Shown here piece after piece: positions 25,292 through 32,000 of a stretch of DNA of 32,000 nucleotides. The DNA is from Thermodesulfobacterium commune DSM 2178 (GTDB lineage Bacteria; Desulfobacterota; Thermodesulfobacteria; Thermodesulfobacteriales; Thermodesulfobacteriaceae): assembly GCF_000734015.1 (NCBI RefSeq), contig NZ_CP008796.1:450001-482000 (forward strand), read 5' to 3'. The notes under the pieces are model-generated. The model was not told where the DNA came from. It searched no databases and saw only the letters and a list, made by a program, of their open reading frames with translations. Both the position numbers and the translations under genes were made by a program. Positions within the stretch are counted from its first letter, which is position 1; every line of letters begins with the position of its first letter.

Positions 25292-25942
25292 ATGGAAAAA
25301 GTTATAGACATAAAAGGTCTAGTTTTTAAGTATAACGACCGTGTGATTCTTGATGATTTAGACTTAGAGGTTAGGGTAGGGGATAGAATAGGTCTTATAG
25401 GTCCTAACGGAGCAGGTAAAACCACCCTTCTTTACATTATCATGGGGTTTCTTAAACCTTTAAAAGGAAAGATAATTATTTTAGAAAAAGAAAGAAAAGA
25501 AGAAAAAGACTTTATAGAGGTTAGACAAAGAATAGGGCTTTTATTCCAAGATTCAGACTCTCAACTTTTTTGTCCTACGGTTAAAGAAGACATAGCCTTT
25601 GGTCCTCTTAACTTGGGAAAAAGTCATGAAGAAGTTAAAGAGATAATAGATAAAGTAGCCCACTTTTTTGGAATAACCCATCTCTTGGAACGTCCAGTTT
25701 ATAAACTTTCAGGTGGGGAAAAAAGGTTGGTTGCCTTAGCAGGAATTTTTGCCATGAATCCAGTATGTTATCTTTTGGATGAACCTTCTGCAGGACTTGA
25801 TGAACAAAGTAAAGCCAAACTCATAGAATTTTTAAAAACACAATCTACCTATCTTATCGTTTCTCATGAAAAAGATTTCCTCAAAGAGGTTAGCAATAAA
25901 ATCTTTAAGTTAGAAAAGGGTAAACTCTTTCAGTTACTTTGA
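25292..25942 (+). CDS. cbiO: ECF transporter ATPase CbiO/NikO
   Basis: 216 aa. Walker A GPNGAGKTT, signature LSGGEKRLVALAG, Walker B LLDEPSAGLD. Confidence 0.9.
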   Translation: MEKVIDIKGLVFKYNDRVILDDLDLEVRVGDRIGLIGPNGAGKTTLLYIIMGFLKPLKGKIIILEKERKEEKDFIEVRQRIGLLFQDSDSQLFCPTVKEDIAFGPLNLGKSHEEVKEIIDKVAHFFGITHLLERPVYKLSGGEKRLVALAGIFAMNPVCYLLDEPSAGLDEQSKAKLIEFLKTQSTYLIVSHEKDFLKEVSNKIFKLEKGKLFQLL

Positions 25943-26173
25943 AAGAAGTTTTTTAACATCTTCTACAGACAATAACTCCCCCTGAGAAACTAACTGTCCG
26001 TCTATCCACAAGCCAGGTGTTTTTAACACACCAAAAAGTGCCATTTGTTTGATATCTTGAACCTTTTCTATAAAAACTTCTATTCCTAATTCTTGAGCAG
26101 CTTTTTTAACGTTTTCATAAAGGGTTTCACATTTTAAACAACCTGTTCCAAAAACTTTTACAAACCTCTGCAT
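25934..26173 (-). CDS. Small thioredoxin-fold protein (redox-active disulfide protein 2 / MTH895-like)
   Basis: VKVFGTGCLKCETLYENVKKA contains the CxxC of this family, which commonly accompanies DUF318/ArsP-like permeases. ATG at 26173 is preferred (GGAGG 9 nt upstream); the ORF-track TTG at 26179 is the alternative. Confidence 0.75.
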   Translation of the reverse strand: MQRFVKVFGTGCLKCETLYENVKKAAQELGIEVFIEKVQDIKQMALFGVLKTPGLWIDGQLVSQGELLSVEDVKKLLSK

Positions 26174-26205
26174 AACCAACCCCCTCCATTATTTTTAAAG
26201 TTTCC

Positions 26206-27483
26206 TTAAGAGTATATCATTCCAAAAATATATCCAGAAATGGTGCCTAAAAAGATTACTATAACTGCGTAAACTAAAGTTTTCTTAACCCCCCAGATAC
26301 TTTTTAAGACTAAAAGGCTTGGTAAACTTACACTTGGACCGGTAAGTAAAAGAGCAAGGGCAGGGCCATATCCCATACCAGCCCCTAAAAGCCCCTGGAT
26401 GATCGGAACTTCAGTTAAAGTAGCAAAATACATCAAAACTCCTACTACACTGGCAAAAAAGTTGGCTAAAAGGGAATTACCTCCTACTAAAGAGTTGACA
26501 TAGAAAGAAGGTATAAAGGCTTCGTGTCCCGGTCTTCCTAAAAAGAAACCTGCCACAAAAACCCCAGCCAGAAGTAAAGGTAAAATTTGTTTACCTAAAA
26601 GATAGGTGCTTTGAAACCATTTTTCCATGTCTCCTTTTGTCTTATAAAGAGCGTAGCTAAAACCTACCAAACCTACAAGGAAGGATATCTCCTTTTCATG
26701 TAACAACAATTGCGTTAAAACCACAAAAAATCCAGTGAGTATTAAATAAATAGCTGAAACTTTAAACCAAAAAACCACTTGTATTCCAATTAATATGGCT
26801 AAAAAACAGACAAGATACCATTTTATAGAAAAGATAAATCCTGCTAAACCTTCTTTAGCACCCCAGGTAGCAAAAATAAGAACACCAACCAAAGTTGAGA
26901 GTAATACCACCTTCTGGTAAAAAGGAATGGTTTTTAAGGTTTGAGGAATTTCTACTTCACCTAACCTTTTTATTTCTTCTTTTCTAAAAATATAGGCCAT
27001 AAGTAATCCTACTATGATACTTCCTGCTATAGCCCCTATGGCTCTTGCCATCCCTATGTGGATACCTAAGATTTTCCCTGTAAGCACTATAGCTAATACG
27101 TTGATAGCAGGACCAGAATAAAGAAAGGTAGTAGCAGGACCAATGCCTGCTCCTCTAAAATAAATCCCCGCAAAAATAGGAAGGACGGTGCAAGAACAAA
27201 CAGCAAGAATGGTTCCTGAAACACTGGCTACGCTATAGGAAACAACTTTTGGAGCCTGTGCTCCTAAATATTTCATCACAGAAGCCTCTGAGAGAAAAGT
27301 GGAAATAGCGCCTGCTATGAAAAGTGCTGGTAATAAACAAAAAATTACGTGTTCTCTTGCATATTCATGCGTTAAATAGACAGCTTCTTTTAAACCTTCT
27401 ATAACCCTTTGTTCAGCAGGTAAGAAATAAAAGAACAAAAAAACAAACGCCGCAATCAACAAAAACTTAAGTTCTTTTAACAT
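26206..27483 (-). CDS. ArsP/DUF318-family permease with vicinal Cys motif
   Basis: 425-aa polytopic membrane protein. ILAVCSCTVLPIFAG matches the conserved CSC-containing segment of the ArsP-like permease family. Confidence 0.75.
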   Translation of the reverse strand: MLKELKFLLIAAFVFLFFYFLPAEQRVIEGLKEAVYLTHEYAREHVIFCLLPALFIAGAISTFLSEASVMKYLGAQAPKVVSYSVASVSGTILAVCSCTVLPIFAGIYFRGAGIGPATTFLYSGPAINVLAIVLTGKILGIHIGMARAIGAIAGSIIVGLLMAYIFRKEEIKRLGEVEIPQTLKTIPFYQKVVLLSTLVGVLIFATWGAKEGLAGFIFSIKWYLVCFLAILIGIQVVFWFKVSAIYLILTGFFVVLTQLLLHEKEISFLVGLVGFSYALYKTKGDMEKWFQSTYLLGKQILPLLLAGVFVAGFFLGRPGHEAFIPSFYVNSLVGGNSLLANFFASVVGVLMYFATLTEVPIIQGLLGAGMGYGPALALLLTGPSVSLPSLLVLKSIWGVKKTLVYAVIVIFLGTISGYIFGMIYS

Positions 27484-27510
27484 TTAAAATATACCTCTTG
27501 TTATCAGGTT

Positions 27511-27858
27511 TTATCTGTCTGGTTTTACGAATTCAGACTCAAGAGTAGTTTTAGCGGATAAACTTGTATATAAAGATTGCTTTTTCATTTCTTCAAGCAA
27601 CTCCTTTATAACTTTGGCTATAAATTCATCTTTTGGTGAAAGTTTATATACAATAAACGATTTAGTTTTTTGATAAGACGTTATTCCTGCCTCAGTTAAT
27701 ACTTGAAGATGTCTTGAAATTGTAGGTTGAGAAGAACCTATAAGGTTTACTAACTCACATACACAATGAGGTCTTATCGATAAATAAACGATGATTTCAA
27801 GTCTAGTTGGGTCTGAAAGGGCTTTAAACAACTTAGAGAATTGATACATTTTATTCAT
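27511..27858 (-). CDS. ArsR/SmtB-family metalloregulator
   Basis: 115 aa. LSDPTRLEIIVYL...HCVCELVNLIGSSQPTISRHLQVLTEAGI is the HTH with a CVC motif in the alpha3 position. Confidence 0.9.
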   Translation of the reverse strand: MNKMYQFSKLFKALSDPTRLEIIVYLSIRPHCVCELVNLIGSSQPTISRHLQVLTEAGITSYQKTKSFIVYKLSPKDEFIAKVIKELLEEMKKQSLYTSLSAKTTLESEFVKPDR

Positions 27859-27967
27859 GTTATAACACTCCTTTTAGATATAATTTTTAAAATATAGCAA
27901 AATAGCAATATGTCAAGATGTATTTTAAAAATTAAAAAGTGAAAGGGTGATCGTTTTGGATAAAAGA

Positions 27968-28906
27968 TTAAGTGACTTTTTCTCTAAGTTTTACCAGAAG
28001 GGTAATAAACTTGTTAACCGGAGTTTCTAATCCTTTCTGCTCTGCAAGGTTTACGATGGCACCATTTAAAGCGTCTATTTCTGTCTTTTTACCGTTTTTG
28101 AGGTCATAATACATAGAGGGATAATGACCGGCTGTAGGAGGAATAAGTCTTTGATAAAAGTGCTCTTTATATTCCTCAGAAGATTTCCATCTAAGCTGGA
28201 TGTTGTATGTCTTTAAAACTGTGAAAATTTCGTCTATTATTTGGTCCATGATAAATCGAGTTTCATAGTTTTCAGCAAGCTCCCCATAGGTTCTTTCTAA
28301 AAGGGCACCTAAAGGGTTTAAGGCTGAATTGTAGATGATTTTCTCCCATAGGATGGCATATACATCTTCCGAAACCCTGGTAGGTATACCTGCCTGGGTG
28401 AAGATTTGGGCTATTTTTTCTAAAGTTTCTTTAGGAATGGCTTTTTCTGGTTGACCTATGACGACATCATCTCCAAAAACAGTTACTTCTGCCATTCCTG
28501 GTGAAATTACTTTAGCTCCAAAGATAATCCTTGAAAGGATTACTTGATTTTTAGGAAAAATTTGGATAGCTTTTTCGTAATTTCCATAGCCATTTTGAGC
28601 TATCAAAAGCAGTGTGTTAGGCTTAATAAAATTTTTTATCTGAGAAAGAGCCTTTTCGGTGTCAAAAGCTTTTACAGTAAGGACTATCAAATCAAGCTCT
28701 ACCAAATTTAAATCCTCTGGGTTGGTAAAATATCGGTCTATATAAGCTTGTTTGTGACCAAAAAGTCCAGTTATTTGAAGAGGTTTATTGGTTAGCTGAT
28801 CAAGATATTTTTCTTTGACAAAGGCATAGACAGTGTGCCCAGCATTCTTTAGAGAAACAGCAAAAACCGTTCCTAAAGCACCTAAGCCAAAGATTAATAT
28901 TTTCAT
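27968..28906 (-). CDS. panE: 2-dehydropantoate 2-reductase family protein (PanE/ApbA)
   Basis: 312 aa. N-terminal Rossmann MKILIFGLGALGTVFA, central QNG, and C-terminal S.YYDL..G..TEID.LNG pattern. Confidence 0.8.
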   Translation of the reverse strand: MKILIFGLGALGTVFAVSLKNAGHTVYAFVKEKYLDQLTNKPLQITGLFGHKQAYIDRYFTNPEDLNLVELDLIVLTVKAFDTEKALSQIKNFIKPNTLLLIAQNGYGNYEKAIQIFPKNQVILSRIIFGAKVISPGMAEVTVFGDDVVIGQPEKAIPKETLEKIAQIFTQAGIPTRVSEDVYAILWEKIIYNSALNPLGALLERTYGELAENYETRFIMDQIIDEIFTVLKTYNIQLRWKSSEEYKEHFYQRLIPPTAGHYPSMYYDLKNGKKTEIDALNGAIVNLAEQKGLETPVNKFITLLVKLREKVT

Positions 28907-28908
28907 CC

Positions 28909-29403
28909 TTACACCTCTATACCTCTTTTTCTTAATTCTTCAAGTTTACGTTCTCTGCAGGTTGGACATCTAAATTCGGGTTCGGGGTCGTTCAAACGAT
29001 CATAGTTTTTGGCTTTTACTACTCTATAACCTTCGCCAACAGTCCCGCAATCAGCGCACTTTACGTTTTTTTCTATCTGCCAGAGAGTAATATGTGGAAT
29101 ACTAAAATAACCTTTAAAGATGGCTTTATCTATAAACCAGAATACATTAGCTAAGATGAATTGGTTGAGTAAAAAAGCGGGTATGGTATGGATTTTTAAC
29201 ATATCACTTAATAGATACTGCATCAAGGCCCCAGCTATTCCAGAAAGTAATATCCATCTCCCAAATACATAAATAATCCAGGACTTCAAGTTAAACCTCC
29301 TTGATAAGTAGTCTTTGGTGGTAATTATAACATCTTCCTTTATTTTATAAAGCTGCATTTCTTGTATTTTAAAAGAGTAGACGAAGTTTTCTTGTCTTAT
29401 CAT
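28909..29403 (-). CDS. Membrane-anchored zinc-ribbon protein, unknown function
   Basis: 164 aa. About two TM helices (WIIYVFGRWILLSGIAGALMQYLL, IPAFLLNQFILANVFWFI), then CADC...(27 aa)...CPTC. The stop lies 2 nt before the panE-like ATG, and the SD for the latter is inside this ORF. Confidence 0.5.
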   Translation of the reverse strand: MIRQENFVYSFKIQEMQLYKIKEDVIITTKDYLSRRFNLKSWIIYVFGRWILLSGIAGALMQYLLSDMLKIHTIPAFLLNQFILANVFWFIDKAIFKGYFSIPHITLWQIEKNVKCADCGTVGEGYRVVKAKNYDRLNDPEPEFRCPTCRERKLEELRKRGIEV

Positions 29404-29452
29404 ATGTTTTTAATTAAAATAAAATTAAAAACAAAAACAGGAGGTAGACTTT

Positions 29453-30307
29453 ATGAAGATAGGTTTTATAGGGCTTGGTACCTTAGGTATAGAGATAGCT
29501 AAAAGATTAATTTCGCAAGGTGTTGGGTTAATCGTTTGGAATAGGTCTAAAGAAAAAGCTAAACAGTTGGGACTTGACTTGGTAGAAACACCCAAAGATT
29601 TGATTTCTATGGTAGATAAAGTTTTTATTATAGTTTCTGACAGTGAGGCTTCCAAAAAGATTATTTTTGGAAAAGACGGTCTTGTCGAGGGTGATATTCA
29701 GGGGAAGACCATCATAGATTTAACTACCAACCATTATCGATATGTGGTTGAAGCCGAAAAAGAGTTAAAACAAAAAGGGGCGTATTATTTAGAAGCTCCT
29801 CTGCTTGGTTCTGTTATCCCGGCACAAAGGGGTGAGTTAACTGTTTTGGTTGGTGGTGATCGAAATAAGTTTGAGGAAACAAAAGGTATTTTTGAAAAAT
29901 TTTGTCGTAATATGATTTACTTAGGTGAAATAGGAAAAGCTACTAAACTTAAACTTATAAATAACATAGTATTAGGTGGTTACATGGCAGTTCTTGCTGA
30001 AGCTATGGCCATAGGAGAAAAGGCTGGTTTAGAAAAGGAACTTCTTTTAGAGGTGCTTTCTAAGGGTGCAGGACGGTCTTATGTTCTTGAAGTAAAAAAA
30101 CAAAAGCTTCTTGAAGGGAAATTTGAACCGCATTTTTCTGTTGAGTTGATGTATAAAGACCTTCACTATGCTCAGGACTTATTCAAAGATTTTAAAGCCT
30201 TTAGCATGGTTCTGCAGAACGTAAAAGAGGTTTACGGTTTTGCCAGAAGCAAAGATTTAGGTCATCTAGACTTTTCTGTGGTGTATAAGATTTTTAAGAC
30301 TGAGTAG
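29453..30307 (+). CDS. NAD(P)-dependent oxidoreductase, 3-hydroxyisobutyrate / 6-phosphogluconate dehydrogenase-like family
   Basis: 284 aa. MKIGFIGLGTLGIEIAKRL Rossmann motif, G..A...K...N, and C-terminal helical domain patterns. AGGAGG RBS. Confidence 0.85.
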   Translation: MKIGFIGLGTLGIEIAKRLISQGVGLIVWNRSKEKAKQLGLDLVETPKDLISMVDKVFIIVSDSEASKKIIFGKDGLVEGDIQGKTIIDLTTNHYRYVVEAEKELKQKGAYYLEAPLLGSVIPAQRGELTVLVGGDRNKFEETKGIFEKFCRNMIYLGEIGKATKLKLINNIVLGGYMAVLAEAMAIGEKAGLEKELLLEVLSKGAGRSYVLEVKKQKLLEGKFEPHFSVELMYKDLHYAQDLFKDFKAFSMVLQNVKEVYGFARSKDLGHLDFSVVYKIFKTE

Positions 30308-30379
30308 TCTTTAAGCTTGGTTACAAAATTATTTTATATCGTCATATTTTGTTATAAAAATTATTGCAGGAGGAAAAAA

Positions 30380-31201
30380 ATGATAAGTAAAATTGCAGAA
30401 GCTTTAAAAATGCAATTTAATCCAGTTGCTGTAATATGGTCGGATGTAAAACCTGAAAATGCTTTACAATTTAAAGAAGGAAGATGGGGATGTGTAATGT
30501 GGCTTTTTGTAAATGTAGCAAAAGGAAAAACAGCTGTTTTTGACAGAAAAACTTATGGATGTTGGGGTGGAGGAGTGGGGTTAGGTTTTGGAAATAAATA
30601 TCTTGATTTCCCAGGAGGGATTGAGTGTTTTTATTATTTTCTTTCTTCAGGAAATAAAAACTGGGAGAAGGGTAAAATTGTAGCAGAAAATCTAAAACCG
30701 TATGTAACTAAAGAATTTCTTGAAGATTTTTTAGAAGGAGAAAGGTATTTGAAAACTCCTGAACAGGTAAAAAAGTTTGTAGAAGAGTTACCTATGATGG
30801 AAGTTCCGACAAAATATGTGGTGTTTAAACCTTTAAAAGATGTAGACATTCATGAAGAAAGACCTGTTGTAATTGTCTTTCCTGTTAACCCTCATCAACT
30901 TTCTGCTCTTGTTGTTCTTGCAAACTATGGGAGAAACAGTTTTTTGGATAGTGTAATCATTCCCTGGGGTGCAGGGTGTCAGGCAATTGGTATCTATGCG
31001 TATAAACAAAGAGAATCAGTTCCACAAAAAGCAGTAGTTGGATTGACAGACCTTTCAGCAAGAAAAAATGTTAGAAAACAACTTGGAGATAACCTTTTTA
31101 CTTTTGCTGTTCCTTATGAAATGTTTTTAGAAATGGAAGAAAATGTAGAAGGTAGTTTTTTCGAAAGGAATGTTTGGAAAAGTCTTTCTAAATTTTTATA
31201 A
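30380..31201 (+). CDS. DUF169-like protein (uncharacterised, COG2043-like)
   Basis: 273 aa from the ATG at 30380 (GCAGGAGG RBS). The ORF-track TTG at 30317 adds an implausible hydrophobic and basic leader. PVAV..., GCWGGGVGLGFG and GAGCQ segments resemble DUF169 as I recall it. Not verified. Confidence 0.5.
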   Translation: MISKIAEALKMQFNPVAVIWSDVKPENALQFKEGRWGCVMWLFVNVAKGKTAVFDRKTYGCWGGGVGLGFGNKYLDFPGGIECFYYFLSSGNKNWEKGKIVAENLKPYVTKEFLEDFLEGERYLKTPEQVKKFVEELPMMEVPTKYVVFKPLKDVDIHEERPVVIVFPVNPHQLSALVVLANYGRNSFLDSVIIPWGAGCQAIGIYAYKQRESVPQKAVVGLTDLSARKNVRKQLGDNLFTFAVPYEMFLEMEENVEGSFFERNVWKSLSKFL

Positions 31202-31425
31202 TCTGTCTGTATAATTTACATCTGTAGTTCCTTAAAAACAACTTCCGATAATGTATATTATGTAAAATAAAGTTTCTGATCTTAAGAACCCTATAGGAAC
31301 CTTGTATAAAAATCTTGGAAAAAACTCTTTGTTCTGTCTTGCCTTTATCTAAATTTTTAGTTAAAGTTATAAAAACTTTTTTAAGTTTTTGGTAATTTAT
31401 TCAAGATTAAGGGGGGTTTTATCTT

Positions 31426-32000
31426 ATGGAGGCTATCGTTCAAAACTTAAAAACCACTCATATAGGCAGTCTTCCTTTTTCTGAACCTGAAAAAGCGGTA
31501 AAAATGGTTTTTGAATACTTAGACATACCTGCTTGGCCTCAACTATCTAAACGTAAAAACGAAGGAATGCTCGTTCAGTTTAACGAAGGCTTTCCAGGTT
31601 TTAACTGGGAAAAAGAAATCTTAGATATATCTTCTCCTGACTTTGAAGAACAGATGATGATCTTTTATGAAAACTATCTGAAAATCATGGAAGAAAATCA
31701 GTTGTCTGAGTTGGCTAACTTTGAACTTACAGAATTTACAGCCCTTGGTTTTAAGTTTTTTTTAGAAATAGCCTCTGAAATTAAACCTAATATGGTAAAA
31801 GGCCAAATCACAGGCCCCTTTACCTTAGCCTCAAGCTTAAAACTACCTAATGGAGAAAGTCCCATTTTTAGGGAAGACCTTAAAGACCTTATCGTCAAGT
31901 TTGTCCTGATTAAAGCCTTGGCTCAGGGATTAAAGCTTAAAGAGATCGCCTATAACGTAATTTTATTTCTTGATGAACCAGGTCTTGCAGGTTTTGGTTC
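31426..32000 (+). CDS. MetE-C-terminal/URO-D-fold methyltransferase-like protein, partial (continues past window end)
   Basis: Absent from the ORF track because there is no stop within the window. ATG at 31426 with AAGGGGGG 8 nt upstream. The translation is MEAIVQNLKTTHIGSLPFSEPEKAV...KGQITGPFTLASS...ILFLDEPGLAGFG. T.IGS.P and GxxTGP.T resemble cobalamin-independent methionine synthase-like proteins. Confidence 0.45.
   Translation, partial: MEAIVQNLKTTHIGSLPFSEPEKAVKMVFEYLDIPAWPQLSKRKNEGMLVQFNEGFPGFNWEKEILDISSPDFEEQMMIFYENYLKIMEENQLSELANFELTEFTALGFKFFLEIASEIKPNMVKGQITGPFTLASSLKLPNGESPIFREDLKDLIVKFVLIKALAQGLKLKEIAYNVILFLDEPGLAGFG

Noticed and set aside
21925-31898. ORFs 21925-22170(-), 23353-23622(+), 23982-24185(-), 24095-24301(-), 29425-29655(-), 30634-30849(-) and 31698-31898(-)
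   Set aside because: They overlap apgM, cbiM, the NikL-like gene, the dehydrogenase, the DUF169-like gene and the partial MetE-like gene. They are most simply explained as chance ORFs in AT-rich coding DNA.
1-32000. CRISPR arrays, tRNA/rRNA genes, IS elements, integrases and long direct or inverted repeats
   Set aside because: I saw no regularly spaced repeats, no GC-rich structured segments in intergenic DNA, no transposase- or integrase-like ORFs, and no compositional break that would suggest a horizontally acquired island.

Overview
AT-rich, about 90% coding bacterial chromosomal window. The proteins are rich in Lys, Glu and Ile, which is typical of a thermophile. The gene content (tungsten aldehyde:ferredoxin oxidoreductase, cytochrome bd oxidase, archaeal-type phosphoglycerate mutase, ECF nickel/cobalt transporter) fits an anaerobic thermophile such as Thermodesulfobacteriota or Aquificota, but I cannot verify the taxon from the sequence alone. 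I call 36 protein-coding ORFs, including two partial genes at the window edges that the ORF track misses. I see no rRNA, tRNA, CRISPR array, IS element or prophage signature. Main blocks: (1) minus-strand W-AOR followed by a radical SAM/SPASM enzyme, a MoaD-like GG carrier, a ThiF-like E1 and a Fur-family gene; (2) Rrf2 regulator plus cydAB with a palindromic operator candidate; (3) a large PBP-like/PAS/GAF/PAS/GGDEF(degenerate)/EAL sensor gene split by a frameshift, overlapping pyk by ATGA, with holA next downstream; (4) minus-strand housekeeping and unknown genes (Rho_N-like, purC, ParB-like; zinc-ribbon protein, tandem USP, CaCA antiporter, folC); (5) a roughly 0.5 kb gene-free region with a strongly G-skewed, GGA/SD-like-rich tract; (6) a nikK-M-L-Q-O type ECF metal transporter; (7) an arsR, ArsP-like permease and thioredoxin-like cluster; (8) panE-like, dehydrogenase, DUF169-like and MetE-like genes. 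I found no clear-cut novel multi-gene system such as a defence island. The items most worth follow-up are the AOR-linked maturation module, the split c-di-GMP sensor, the orphan SD/GGA-rich intergenic tract and the N-terminal-His metal relay in the nik operon.
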